A DNA stretch of 32,000 bases from Geotalea uraniireducens Rf4 (GCF_000016745.1 NC_009483.1:4680001-4712000); one strand, 5' to 3'; shown: positions 1 through 10,773, counted from the first letter of the stretch. The notes: generated from the letters alone by a model not told the origin. Made by a program: numbers and translations.

Positions 1-399
1 GACTGCGGCAAGATCGGTGTGCCTGAGGCGATTCTCAATGCCAACCGTAAACTGACTGACGAGGAGTTCGAGCTGATAAAGAAGCACTCGGCTTGGGGGT
101 GCAGCGTGGTACGCAAGGCAAATCTTTCCATAACGGTGCAGAATATCGTTCTCTATCACCACGAACGCTACGACGGCAAGGGATACCCCTCCGGCCTCCA
201 TGGCGACAACATTCCCCTGGAAGCCCGGATCGTTGCCGTTGCGGATGTTTACGATGCACTCTCTGTGGACAGACCTTATCGCAAAAAATTATCCCGGGAA
301 AACATCATGGAAACCATGGTAGAAATGCGGGGGACCAACCTCGATCCCGAGATTGTAGATGCACTGTTTGCAATCCTCAAGGTTGATTTTCAGGACTAA
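1..399 (+). CDS. HD-GYP domain protein, C-terminal part (5' end lies outside the window)
   Basis: Frame 1 is open from nt 1. The translation DCGKIGVPEAIL...YHHERYDGKGYPSGL...VADVYDAL carries the HD-GYP signature. Stop codon at 397-399. Confidence 0.8.
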   Translation, partial: DCGKIGVPEAILNANRKLTDEEFELIKKHSAWGCSVVRKANLSITVQNIVLYHHERYDGKGYPSGLHGDNIPLEARIVAVADVYDALSVDRPYRKKLSRENIMETMVEMRGTNLDPEIVDALFAILKVDFQD

Positions 400-583
400 A
401 CTAAAGCGATCAAATCGGCACATCCTGCCGACGTCCGCAGAAATTCCGCCAAAGCCTTGTCCATCTGGCTGATATGGTTCCTGAGCCAATCGAATACCGT
501 TTTGTTGATCTGCATCATCAAAATCAGGGTCGCCACTTCCCCGGCAAGAAAAGAATTCACGTTAAAGCAGAATCTCCAAAATA

Positions 584-1675
584 TCAGAGCAGTCCATCGA
601 TAGCCTCAAAATCGATAACGGACTCCGCCAGGGAGGTGATAAGGGAAAGCTTCTCTTCGTCTTGCGCCGAGATCTTCGACACATGATCCGAAAGTCGCGT
701 AAAGGCATCGGCGGTTCTCTCCTCGGTACGGATATAGGGTATCCGGCTGTCGTCAAGGATTTTCTGACTGATGGCAGATATGGGCGCATAGCCGGGGATG
801 ACAAGCCCAGCAAGCTTCTGCCGAAAGTCTGGAATCTGATACAGGGAGGAAGCCGTGACGATCAGTTCGTCCCGGGAACTGGTGGTGATGAGGAGGGTCG
901 ATTCCAGCAGGCCGTCGATTACCCGCTGGGAGGAGGCGGCCCCGAGCTGCACATGGTGGACGATGCGTCCTTTTTCCCCGGCATCGCCATGGAGGGGAAG
1001 TCCGAACAGCCGGGAGATGCTTTGGAGGGTCGGGTTGGCAAGGACGGGGGAATAGTCGAATGCCCCGGCAACGCTTAGCTCCCGCCCACTGAAAGCACGC
1101 TGCAGGTAATCCAGTGAGCAGGTGCGCTTTTCCGCAAGCAGCTTGTTGACCAGTATTTGCCGGACGTCAACGCCGTCCTGCTTATACAAGGCAAGATTCA
1201 GTTGCACGGAATCTATCACGTTTCCAATGCCGCCGCCGGTTACCATCACTACCGGCGCATTGAGCAGTTTCGCAACCCGGGCGTTGTTCAGGCCGATGAC
1301 CGAGCCAACCCCGCCATGTCCTGCCCCTTCGATGATAAGGAAATCGTTCTTTTTTTCCAACTCCGCACAGGAACGGGCGATGGCATCTTCGTGGTAGCAG
1401 GACGGTATTTCACCGTCCAGAAATCTCTTGGTGGAGCCCTTCCCCAGCACCACCGGCGACATGAAGGCGGCATCGTCCTCAAGGCCGTAGATTTTAGCCA
1501 TGAGCGCCGCATCCTTGTCCATGGTAATGCCGTTGAATTCGGTGCATTTAGGGCCGATCGGCTTGATGAAGCCGACCCGTCCATATTTTTTTCTGGCCAG
1601 ATGCATCAGCGAAACGCTGATGGTGGTTTTCCCGCAATGCTGGCCCGTCGCCGCAATAAAGATTTTCTTGCACAT
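584..1675 (-). CDS. BioD/CobQ-like P-loop protein with a DRTGG-like C-terminal domain (resembles the N-terminal regulatory half of phosphotransacetylase)
   Basis: The ORF runs 584..1744. I prefer the ATG at 1675 (MCKKIFIAATGQHCGKTT) because an AGGGGA RBS sits just upstream. It has a GxxxGKT P-loop, an IIEGAGHGGVGS motif and a C-terminal LLITTSSRDE segment similar to DRTGG domains. Confidence 0.55.
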   Translation of the reverse strand: MCKKIFIAATGQHCGKTTISVSLMHLARKKYGRVGFIKPIGPKCTEFNGITMDKDAALMAKIYGLEDDAAFMSPVVLGKGSTKRFLDGEIPSCYHEDAIARSCAELEKKNDFLIIEGAGHGGVGSVIGLNNARVAKLLNAPVVMVTGGGIGNVIDSVQLNLALYKQDGVDVRQILVNKLLAEKRTCSLDYLQRAFSGRELSVAGAFDYSPVLANPTLQSISRLFGLPLHGDAGEKGRIVHHVQLGAASSQRVIDGLLESTLLITTSSRDELIVTASSLYQIPDFRQKLAGLVIPGYAPISAISQKILDDSRIPYIRTEERTADAFTRLSDHVSKISAQDEEKLSLITSLAESVIDFEAIDGLL

Positions 1676-1872
1676 CCCTGAATCCCCTGTCGCACCCGTT
1701 GACTGTAAAAATCTCCTCGTGTATGTAAATATAGTGGGATGCATACACAGGGTACAAGGACGTATACGGAATGTGCAGTATACGTTTTCAGGACAGGGGA
1801 AATTCGCCGGGCTTTCGGCGCCAGATAAGAGTTACGCTGGTAAGATTTGAGCCGACTCCGACCTGAGCGACG

Positions 1873-1907
1873 AAAAAAAAGCCCCATGGAAATTCCATGG
1901 GGCTTTT
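1873..1907 (-). terminator. Rho-independent terminator downstream of the CoA-transferase gene
   Basis: GCCCCATGG (1881-1889) pairs with CCATGGGGC (1895-1903). The A8 run at 1873-1880 reads as U8 on the minus-strand transcript directly after the stem. Confidence 0.8.
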
Positions 1908-1937
1908 GCATTACATCGCGTTATCACTCGATACTTG

Positions 1938-3533
1938 TTACTCGCAAAGGTCGACCTTTACATCCCAGTTCTTGATCTTCATGGTGCCGTTGCGCTCCAG
2001 GTTGAGGTGCATCTTGAAGGCGCGGTCCCACAGTTGCGGTTCGTGGCCAACCTTTCTCCTGAGGCAGTCCGCGGAGGCAATTTCCAGGTACTCGGAAAGG
2101 ATCGGCTTGTAATCCGGGTGGGCGCACTTTTCGATGATCCGCTTGGCGCGCTCCTTCGGTGCCATCCCGCGCAGGTCGGCCAGACCCTGCTCGGTAACGA
2201 CGCAGTCAAGGTCGTGCTCAGTGTGGTCGATGTGAGAGCAATGCGGCACCACGCAAGAAATGCCGTTCGGATCGGTCTTGGAGGGACGTGACGACGGCGT
2301 GTGCATAATCTTCAGGAAGCCGTTGCGCAGGAAGTCGCCGGAACCGCCAAGGCCGTTGATCATCCTTGTGCCACCGACCAGGGTCGAATTGGCGTGGGCA
2401 TAGATGTCGATTTCAACCGGGGTATTCATGGCGATACAACCCAGACGACGGATCGGCTCCGGCGCGTTGGAGATGGATAGCGGCCGCAGGGTAATCTTGT
2501 CGAAGTACTTGTCCATGTTCTCGAAAAAGCGCGGGAAGCCCGGCGACGCGGAGAGGGAGAGCGAACAGGAAGAGGCGTGGTCCAGCTTGCCCGAGTCGAA
2601 CAGGTCGAGCATGGTATCCTGGAGCACCTCGGTGTAGACGGTCAGATTTGAGAAGGGCCCCTTGGCCAGGCCGCCGATGACGGCGTTGGCGATTGAGCCG
2701 ACCCCAGACTGGAGCGGCAGCAGGTTCTTCGGCAGACGGCCCGCCTTCACTTCGTGGGTGAAGAACTCGATGACGTGGCCGGCGATCGCTTCCGAGGTGT
2801 CGTCCTGCTCGGCAAAGGCGCGCCCCTGGTCGCGGAGTTTGGACTCGACCACGGCGATGATCTTGCTCGGGTCACACGGAATCGAGGTCGAACCGATGCG
2901 GGAACCGGCCTTGACGATATTGAACGGCTGGCGGTTGGGGGGGGTCGCCGGGGTGAGCAGGTCATGGATACCTTCGAAGGAGGGCTCGCCTGTGTTGACC
3001 TCGATGATGATCCTGTCACAGATCATCAGGATTTCCGGGATGACGCCGCAGGATGAAGTCGGGACCAGGCCGCCGTCTTCGGTTATGGCCGAAACTTCGA
3101 TAATGGCGAGGTCAAGCTTGCCGCTTTCCGAGTCCTTGGTATAGAAGCCGTAGCCCAGGTCCTGGGCAAACAGTGAAAGATGCTTGTCACCCATGCGGAT
3201 GCGGCCTTCGTTGATGCCGGCGGCGATGTTCTTGCCGGTCTGATACGGCCAGCGGCGGTCGATCATGTCGAGGGTGGCCCAGCGGTCCTCAGTCTCGGCA
3301 CCGACGGAAGCGCCGATGAACAGGTTGAACTTCAGCTTGCCCTGCAGTCCGTTTTTCTCTACGTGGTCAGCCAAAGCGATGGGTACCACCTTCGGATAAC
3401 CGGCAGGGGTGAAGCCGGACCAGCCGAGGTTCATGCCGTTCTTGAAGAACTGCACGGTCTCCTCGGGCTTCATGACCTTGTTCAAAAGGGACTTGCAACG
3501 TACGCGGTCTTGCAGTGTGCCGTACTCAGACAT
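1938..3533 (-). CDS. Acetyl-CoA hydrolase/transferase family enzyme (succinyl-CoA:acetate CoA-transferase type)
   Basis: 531 aa full-length ORF. The N-terminus [11 protein letters not shown]...[12 protein letters not shown] and overall length are typical of the Ach1/AarC-like CoA-transferase family. GGAGG RBS upstream of the ATG at 3533. Confidence 0.9.
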   Translation of the reverse strand: MSEYGTLQDRVRCKSLLNKVMKPEETVQFFKNGMNLGWSGFTPAGYPKVVPIALADHVEKNGLQGKLKFNLFIGASVGAETEDRWATLDMIDRRWPYQTGKNIAAGINEGRIRMGDKHLSLFAQDLGYGFYTKDSESGKLDLAIIEVSAITEDGGLVPTSSCGVIPEILMICDRIIIEVNTGEPSFEGIHDLLTPATPPNRQPFNIVKAGSRIGSTSIPCDPSKIIAVVESKLRDQGRAFAEQDDTSEAIAGHVIEFFTHEVKAGRLPKNLLPLQSGVGSIANAVIGGLAKGPFSNLTVYTEVLQDTMLDLFDSGKLDHASSCSLSLSASPGFPRFFENMDKYFDKITLRPLSISNAPEPIRRLGCIAMNTPVEIDIYAHANSTLVGGTRMINGLGGSGDFLRNGFLKIMHTPSSRPSKTDPNGISCVVPHCSHIDHTEHDLDCVVTEQGLADLRGMAPKERAKRIIEKCAHPDYKPILSEYLEIASADCLRRKVGHEPQLWDRAFKMHLNLERNGTMKIKNWDVKVDLCE

Positions 3534-4073
3534 TTTCTTCCTCCTGTTTTGTTTTGATGTTTACACAAGATCCCAAAGACCTTGAAATTGGACCGCCAGC
3601 GCAGCTGTTCATGGTGATTTAATCATTGGCAAGCGGTGTGTATACAAAATGACAGGACCTGGATTTTACTCAACAGCCCCCCTTTAGTCAAGCTAAAAAA
3701 CGCTCGACTACGATTTGCACCATTGCCGGCTGATTTTAAAAAAAACAACAAAATAGCTCATTTAGACAGTCGTGCGACTGAAGAGTTTTGCATTTCCCCC
3801 TCTATTCGGAGAGCAACGACTCAAATTATTTCAAGCTGATAATTATACATAACAAGTGACAGCCGGACAGGGGTGCGTCTTTTCAAGGTGTCCTGCACAT
3901 CGAGAGTGAACTGCTGTTTTATTTGATTTGCTGAAGATCAATGGCCGCTTCGCCTCCGTTGCGAAGGGCGCTTCTTGAACAGGAAGCTACATCAGAAGCA
4001 ATGGTGAGCAGCGTCGTCATACTCCTCTTATCTGTCAACCAGTGTTGCCGGTGGCCGAAATTGGCGATACCCG

Positions 4074-4101
4074 TTGACAACAAAGGTGAATTGTATAGTA
4101 T
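4074..4101 (+). promoter_or_regulatory. Putative sigma70-type promoter for the REC-DHp gene
   Basis: Perfect TTGACA at 4074-4079. The -10 candidates are TAGTAT at 4096-4101 (16-nt spacer) or TATAGT at 4094-4099 (14-nt spacer). It lies about 45 nt upstream of the preferred start at 4146. Confidence 0.35.
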
Positions 4102-4145
4102 TAGGGCAATTTTTACTTGATATGGCGATGCTGGAGAACCCTTGC

Positions 4146-4796
4146 ATGGGAAAAATTCTGATAATAGAAGACAGTAAGGTCGCACAAGCCCAGTTGGCGG
4201 ATATTCTGGAAAAGGAATTTTCGCTGGAGTTTCGGGAAAACGGCCGGCAAGGGATTTCATCTGCCCACAGCAACTTGCCGGATCTTATTCTGCTCGATAT
4301 CCACCTGCCGCGCATGAATGGCTACGACGTCTGCAAGCTTCTGAAAAATGATGCCGACACACGGGAAATCCCGATAATTTTCATCACGGCCATGGATGCG
4401 GAAAAGGAAAGGGTGAAGGGATTCGAAGCCGGCGCCGTAGACTATATCGTCAAGCCGTTTTACCCGCAGGAGCTGCTGGCCAGGGTCAGGACCCACATGG
4501 CCGCCATAAGGGAAAACAGACAGGCCCTCGAACTGGAAAAGCTGAAGTTGTTCAAAGAGATGTCCGTCGCCCTCAGCCACGAGATAAACAACCCGTTGAC
4601 CGCGGTTTACGGCTTTCTCTATGTGCTGGAAAAAGAGCTCGTCGAACCGGAGGAAAAAATCAAGACATCCCTGCTGCACATCCGCAAAGAAGTGGAAAGG
4701 ATCAGGGACATTGTCGCAAAACTGGCAAATGCCTCACGGATCTCCCAAACCGATTATGCCGGCGATGCCAAAATGATCGACCTGCACGATATCTAA
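4146..4796 (+). CDS. Response-regulator receiver domain fused to a HisKA/DHp dimerisation-phosphoacceptor domain, with no HATPase domain
   Basis: The ORF runs 4074..4796. I prefer the ATG at 4146 (MGKILIIEDS), which has a GGAGAA RBS 8 nt upstream. REC motifs are DLILLDIHLPRMNG and KPF. The H-box SHEINNPLTAV is followed by only about 70 aa before the stop. Confidence 0.75.
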   Translation: MGKILIIEDSKVAQAQLADILEKEFSLEFRENGRQGISSAHSNLPDLILLDIHLPRMNGYDVCKLLKNDADTREIPIIFITAMDAEKERVKGFEAGAVDYIVKPFYPQELLARVRTHMAAIRENRQALELEKLKLFKEMSVALSHEINNPLTAVYGFLYVLEKELVEPEEKIKTSLLHIRKEVERIRDIVAKLANASRISQTDYAGDAKMIDLHDI

Positions 4797-4863
4797 GATT
4801 ACGTGGAATCAGCCAGCCGATAAGGCTTTGCTGACTCCGGTGGAGGGGAAATCGGGGGGTGCA

Positions 4864-6393
4864 TTAGAGGGGTTTTCTGTCAAGGCTCCTGTATTGAATC
4901 GCCTCTGAAATATGATTTTCTTTGATCCCGTCATTTCCGTCAAGATCGGCGATGGTCCTCGCCACCTTGAGAATGCGGTTATAGGTTCGTGCAGAGAGCC
5001 CCATGCGGTCGGTGACCAGTTCCAGCATACGGTTGCCGGCGGCATCGGTCTCGCAGAATTTCTTGATAAATCGGGGCGTCATATGGGCGTTGCAGTGCAC
5101 CTTGCTCCCCTTGAAGCGCTCCCGCTGGAGGTCCCGCGAGCGCTCCACCCTCAGGCTTATTTCCTGTGAACTCTCACCGTCGCTCCGGTCGGCAAGATCC
5201 CGGTATTTGACCGCCGGCACTTCGATGTGCAGGTCGATACGGTCCAGTAGCGGGCCTGAAATGCGTGAACGATAACGCTGAATCATCAAAGGCGTGCACG
5301 AACAGGGATGAAGGGGATCGCCGAGATAGCCGCAGGGGCAGGGATTCATCGCCGTAACCAGCATGATGCGTGATGGATAAGTCACCGACATAAGTGCCCG
5401 GGAAATGGTTACCCGCCCGTCTTCCAACGGCTGCCGCAACACTTCGAGAACATGTTTTTTAAATTCGGGAAGTTCATCGAGGAAGAGGACTCCATTGTGT
5501 GACAGGGAAACCTCCCCCGGCCGCGGGGTGTTGCTGCCGCCGATCAGACCTATGTCGGAGATGGTATGATGTGGTGAACGAAACGGCCGATTGGCAATAA
5601 GCGCCCTCTCCTTTTCCAGGAGCCCCATGACGCTGTAAATCTTGGTGGTTTCAATCGCTTCGTCGAAGGACATGCGCGGCAGGATCGATGGAATGCGCCG
5701 GGCCAGCATAGTCTTGCCGGAACCTGGCGGCCCGATCATCAGAATATTATGTGCACCTGCAGCAGCGACTTCCAGCGCCCGTTTGGCATGCTCCTGCCCC
5801 TTGACCTCGGAAAAGTCTTCACCGTAATCGAAATTTTGCTGAAACAGCTCGTGAAGATCGACTTGGCTGGGGAGAATGGCGCGTTCGCCGTTGAGAAACT
5901 CCACCACTTCCGCCAACTCCGTGACGCCGATAACGTCAATCCCCTCAACCACTGCACCTTCGCAGGCATTTTCCCGAGGGACGATGACTCCGCGGAAACC
6001 TGCATTCTTTGCCGCCACGGTAACGGGCAGGCAACCGCGCACCGGCTTTACTCCGCCATCCAGCGAAAGTTCTCCCAGCAGCAAATATTCCTTGATATGC
6101 TGTGCTTTGACTACACCGGTTGCTGCGAGGATGCCGATAGAAATAGGTAGATCGAAAGCGGCTCCCTCTTTTTTCACATCGGCAGGAGCCAGGTTAACTG
6201 TTATCTTCCGGTTCGGAAATTCATAGCCCGAGTTCTTCAGCGCCGACTTGACCCGGTCCTTGCTTTCCTTCACCGCCCCATCGGGGAGTCCGACGGTCGC
6301 AAACTGCGGCAACCCCTGGGCAATATCCACCTCCACATCCACCATGATGGCATCGATGCCCAGAAGGGCGCTGCTGAGGACTTTTGCGAGCAT
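4864..6393 (-). CDS. comM: YifB/ComM family Mg-chelatase-like AAA+ ATPase
   Basis: 509 aa. The N-terminus MLAKVLSSALLGIDAIMVDVEVD is followed by a Lon-protease-like N-domain, Walker A GPPGSGKTM and Walker B LFLDELPEF. Confidence 0.9.
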   Translation of the reverse strand: MLAKVLSSALLGIDAIMVDVEVDIAQGLPQFATVGLPDGAVKESKDRVKSALKNSGYEFPNRKITVNLAPADVKKEGAAFDLPISIGILAATGVVKAQHIKEYLLLGELSLDGGVKPVRGCLPVTVAAKNAGFRGVIVPRENACEGAVVEGIDVIGVTELAEVVEFLNGERAILPSQVDLHELFQQNFDYGEDFSEVKGQEHAKRALEVAAAGAHNILMIGPPGSGKTMLARRIPSILPRMSFDEAIETTKIYSVMGLLEKERALIANRPFRSPHHTISDIGLIGGSNTPRPGEVSLSHNGVLFLDELPEFKKHVLEVLRQPLEDGRVTISRALMSVTYPSRIMLVTAMNPCPCGYLGDPLHPCSCTPLMIQRYRSRISGPLLDRIDLHIEVPAVKYRDLADRSDGESSQEISLRVERSRDLQRERFKGSKVHCNAHMTPRFIKKFCETDAAGNRMLELVTDRMGLSARTYNRILKVARTIADLDGNDGIKENHISEAIQYRSLDRKPL

Positions 6394-6407
6394 TTAACCC
6401 CCGTGAA

Positions 6408-6439
6408 CAGTAAGTCGTGAGTAGGTTCACTACTTACTG
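6408..6439 (-). other. Stable hairpin in the 49-nt trxB-comM spacer
   Basis: The minus-strand RNA CAGUAAGUAGUGA-ACCUAC-UCACGACUUACUG folds into 12 bp with one mismatch. No U-tract follows. Confidence 0.4.
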
Positions 6440-6442
6440 ATG

Positions 6443-7471
<1,029 letters not shown>

Positions 7472-7544
7472 TCATTGACCGTGCACCGGCGCTCTGTTAA
7501 ACTTCCAACTACAATATATACATACTGTTATCAAGGAGGAAGTA

Positions 7545-8297
7545 ATGCGTAAGCAGTTTTTTGTCGCCCTGTGCCTGGGGCTGCTGTTCGCCGGGAACGC
7601 CGCGGCCAGGGACATCAATTTTATCACGGGACTCGCACAAGGGGAATTCAAGGATTTAAGCAAGGAGGCCGGCGCCGCCATTGCTTACAGAAATACGGCC
7701 CCCGCAGCACCGCTGGGCATAACCGGCTTTGACGCCGGTGTCGAGGTATCTGCCGTAGATATCAAGACCGGCAACCAAAATTACTGGGAAAAAGCCTTTG
7801 GCGACAAGGCACCGTCTTTTCTCTACATCCCAAAAATCCGGGTGAGAAAAGGCCTTCCGTTCGGTATTGATGTGGGCGCTATGTACTCTTACGTGCCTGA
7901 CTCCAACATTAAAATCTACGGCGCCGAGGTCAGCAAAGCCATTCTGGAGGGGAGCGCCGCCACTCCGGCCCTGGGCGTCCGCGCCACCTATACCAGACTT
8001 GCCGGCGTGAACGACCTCAGCCTGCAAACAGTAGGGGTTGACGCCTCCATCAGCAAGGGTTTCCTCATTTTCACCCCCTATGCCGGCGTCGGCGGCATCT
8101 GGATCGACAGCGAAGCTAAAGGGGCACTCAAGGCAGGAACACTTCCCGGCGGGATTCCCCTGGCGGAGGAAAAGATCTGGCAGCCACGCGGTTTTGCCGG
8201 AATAAAAATTACACCGCTGCCGCTGATCGGCATCACTGCCGAGGCGGAATACTCGGCACGGCCGATCTATTCGCTGAAAGCGGCCGTGAACTTTTAA
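7545..8297 (+). CDS. Secreted outer-membrane beta-barrel protein (hypothetical)
   Basis: AGGAGG RBS upstream. The signal peptide is MRKQFFVALCLGLLFAGNAAA|RD. The sequence has an alternating amphipathic pattern and a C-terminal aromatic residue (AAVNF), typical of OMPs. Confidence 0.6.
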   Translation: MRKQFFVALCLGLLFAGNAAARDINFITGLAQGEFKDLSKEAGAAIAYRNTAPAAPLGITGFDAGVEVSAVDIKTGNQNYWEKAFGDKAPSFLYIPKIRVRKGLPFGIDVGAMYSYVPDSNIKIYGAEVSKAILEGSAATPALGVRATYTRLAGVNDLSLQTVGVDASISKGFLIFTPYAGVGGIWIDSEAKGALKAGTLPGGIPLAEEKIWQPRGFAGIKITPLPLIGITAEAEYSARPIYSLKAAVNF

Positions 8298-8307
8298 GCT
8301 GAAATGC

Positions 8308-8336
8308 CCGCAGGAGAACCGTCGGCTCTCCTGCGG
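8308..8336 (+). terminator. Hairpin after the OMP gene (weak terminator or attenuator)
   Basis: CCGCAGGAGA (8308-8317) pairs perfectly with TCTCCTGCGG (8327-8336) around a 9-nt loop. There is no clear T-tract, so terminator function is uncertain. Confidence 0.35.
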
Positions 8337-8360
8337 CAACCGACAGTTCCGGAGTCGTCC

Positions 8361-9341
8361 ATGACCGCTGAACATCATCTCGACAAGAGCATCGCCGGCA
8401 GGTTCAAATATGCCATCATTCTCACCGCCCTCACCCTGGTGGCCGAGGTTATCGGCGGCATCTGGACCAACTCCCTGGCGCTTTTATCGGATGCAGCCCA
8501 TGTTTTTCTCGACCTGTTCGCCCTGTTTCTGTCGTTGGGAGCCATCAAACTCTCTTCATATCCGGTCTCGGAGACCCGCACCTTCGGCTGGCACCGTACG
8601 GAGGTTTTTGCCTCGCTGATCAACGGGGTTTCGGTTTTTCTCATTTCGATCGGAATATTCTATGAAGCCTGGGGACGGCTCTTCCAACCGGAAGAGGTAA
8701 AGAGCCTCCCCATGTTCGTCATCGCCTTCATCGGCCTCGTCATGAACCTGGTGGCGGCCTCTGCCCTCCACAGCCATTCCCACGACGATCTTAACGTGCA
8801 CAGCGCCTTTCTCCACGTGATCGGCGACGCCGCGGCCTCGGTCGGGGTGATCGTCGGCGGCCTGATCATGTATTTCACCGGCTGGTTCGTGCTCGACGCC
8901 ATCATTTCCGTCGGCATCGGTTTCGTCATCTTCTGGGGCTCCTGGCGGGTGATACGGGAAGCGGTCCATATTCTCCTCGAAGGGGTGCCGCGCGGCATGA
9001 CCATTGCCGAGGTATCGGATGCCATCCGCAACGTCGAAGGGGTAAACGACGTCCATCACCTCAACATCTGGACCATCTGTTCCCATATCCTGGCCCTTTC
9101 CGCCCACATCGACATCATTCCGGAGTATAAAGTGGAGCAGGCAGAGGTTTTGCGCAGGATCGAGGAACTCCTGTTCGACAGATACCATATATCCCATACG
9201 ACCCTCCAGGCAGAGTGCACCATGTGCATCGAAGGACCGGTAATCAAGGAAATGCGCCACCGTCCCCGCGCAGCCCGGCACCCGCACAAGCATGAACACG
9301 GTCACGGCCCATGCGGCCATGACCATCATCACCCCCATTAA
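8361..9341 (+). CDS. Cation diffusion facilitator (CDF) family metal efflux transporter (CzcD/ZitB-like)
   Basis: The ATG at 8361 has a GGAG RBS at 8351. It shows six TM segments, the CDF motifs LLSDAAHVFLD and HVIGDAAASVGV, and a His-rich tail HPHKHEHGHGPCGHDHHHPH. Confidence 0.85.
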   Translation: MTAEHHLDKSIAGRFKYAIILTALTLVAEVIGGIWTNSLALLSDAAHVFLDLFALFLSLGAIKLSSYPVSETRTFGWHRTEVFASLINGVSVFLISIGIFYEAWGRLFQPEEVKSLPMFVIAFIGLVMNLVAASALHSHSHDDLNVHSAFLHVIGDAAASVGVIVGGLIMYFTGWFVLDAIISVGIGFVIFWGSWRVIREAVHILLEGVPRGMTIAEVSDAIRNVEGVNDVHHLNIWTICSHILALSAHIDIIPEYKVEQAEVLRRIEELLFDRYHISHTTLQAECTMCIEGPVIKEMRHRPRAARHPHKHEHGHGPCGHDHHHPH

Positions 9342-9368
9342 TGGCAGAATCCGCCGGAGCCAACCCCT

Positions 9369-10577
9369 ATGCTGACCTACAATTTAATTCACGAAGCCGC
9401 CGACCGGCTGAAAAAAAGGGTGCGGCGCACCGAGCTCATCCACTCCCACCACTTCAGCGAAAAGCTCGGCATCCCCATCTTTTTCAAATGCGAAAACCTG
9501 CAGCGGACCGGCGCATTCAAAATTCGCGGCGCCCTCAACTTCATGACCGCCCAGCCGCGGGAAAACCTCAGGAACGGTGTGATCACCGCATCAGCAGGGA
9601 ACCATGCCCAGGGGGTCGCCTTTTCCGCCGATCTGCTGGGGGTGAAGTCGATGGTGTTCATGCCGGAAAGCACCCCGCCCCAGAAGGTCTTTGCCACCAG
9701 GGATTACGGCGCGGAAGTGGTATTGACGGGAAAGAACTTCGACGAAGCCTACGCAGCGGCACTTAAGGCTCAGAAAGAAACCGGCGCCCTTTTTGTCCAT
9801 CCTTTTGACGATCCGCTGGTAATGGCGGGTCAAGGGACCATCGGCCTGGAGATACTCGACGAGCTGCCGGACCTGGCCAACATCCTTGTCCCCATCGGCG
9901 GTGGCGGGCTTATCGCCGGCATTGCCACTGCCATCAAGCAGACCCGTCCCCGGGTGAGGATCATCGGCGTCGAATCGGCCGCTGCCCCGTCCATGCACTT
10001 TTCCCTGGAAAAGGGTAAAATCACCGAAACACCCCTCTCCGTCACCCTGGCCGACGGCATTGCCGTAAAACGGGTGGGAAAGAACACCTTCCCCATTGTC
10101 CGTGAACTGGTTGATGAAGTGGTGCTGGTAGAGGAAGAGGAGATCGCCCAGGCGATCGTCGCCCTTCTGGAGCGGAGCAAACTCCTCGTCGAAGGCGCCG
10201 GGGCGGTCACCCTGGCGGCACTGATGAACGGCAAGGTTGAGCATGTGACAGGCAAGACCGTCTGCCTTTTGTCGGGCGGCAACATCGACGTAAAGACCAT
10301 CGCTATCGTGGTGGAAAGGGGGCTCCTGGCAGCGGGACGCTACCTGAAGCTGAAGGTGGAGTTGGATGATGTGCCGGGATCGCTGGCGAAACTCTCGACT
10401 GATATCGCGGCAACCAACGCCAACATCTCGCTGATCACCCACGACCGGCGCTCCAAAGCGCTCCCCATCGGCCGGGCCGAGGTGCTGCTGGAGCTGGAGA
10501 CGCGGGGGTTTGACCATATTCGGGAGGTGGTGGGTTACCTGGGCGAGCGGGGGTATGAGGTGGAGGTGCTGAAGTAA
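9369..10577 (+). CDS. ilvA: Threonine ammonia-lyase (threonine dehydratase), short form with one C-terminal ACT-like domain
   Basis: 402 aa. It has the PLP-lysine region FKCENLQRTGAFKIRGA, ASAGNHAQGVA and the glycine loop PIGGGGLIAG. Confidence 0.9.
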   Translation: MLTYNLIHEAADRLKKRVRRTELIHSHHFSEKLGIPIFFKCENLQRTGAFKIRGALNFMTAQPRENLRNGVITASAGNHAQGVAFSADLLGVKSMVFMPESTPPQKVFATRDYGAEVVLTGKNFDEAYAAALKAQKETGALFVHPFDDPLVMAGQGTIGLEILDELPDLANILVPIGGGGLIAGIATAIKQTRPRVRIIGVESAAAPSMHFSLEKGKITETPLSVTLADGIAVKRVGKNTFPIVRELVDEVVLVEEEEIAQAIVALLERSKLLVEGAGAVTLAALMNGKVEHVTGKTVCLLSGGNIDVKTIAIVVERGLLAAGRYLKLKVELDDVPGSLAKLSTDIAATNANISLITHDRRSKALPIGRAEVLLELETRGFDHIREVVGYLGERGYEVEVLK

Positions 10578-10773
10578 GGCAGGTCAAGGTCAGGTTTATT
10601 GTCAGTCGAAGAGCTTCAGTTTTGAATGGCGAGCGGTTTCCGCGAAATGCCCGTCGCGGGTGAAAAGATGGAAGGTTACCTTCTTCCGCCGGGTTACGAA
10701 AATCCGCAGAGAGCGGGCTTTTTGTGGGATCGCGCGGGGAGGAAGGAAATATCAATGGCCGTCAATTGTGTAA

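Noticed and set aside
3636-3839. A 67-aa ORF in the large intergenic region (and 3919..4260 on the minus strand)
   Set aside because: There is no RBS, the composition is atypical for this genome, and the ORFs overlap probable promoter regions. I treat them as non-coding unless expression data say otherwise.
4040-4070. A sigma-54-like element TGGCCGAAATTGGCG upstream of the REC-DHp gene
   Set aside because: The GG and GC dinucleotides are spaced one nucleotide shorter than the strict -24/-12 spacing. The flanking bases also fit the TGGCAC-N5-TTGC consensus poorly.
9591-10517. A 308-aa minus-strand ORF antisense to ilvA, and 7656..8378 / 8556..9338 antisense to the OMP and CDF genes
   Set aside because: These are shadow ORFs opposite genes with strong family signatures. 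There are no RBSs, and the composition is implausible (G/R/D/H-rich).
10435-10755. A 106-aa minus-strand ORF crossing the ilvA 3' end into the junction region
   Set aside because: It overlaps the ilvA coding sequence, starts with TTG without an RBS, and is Pro/Arg/Ala-rich. It is most likely spurious.
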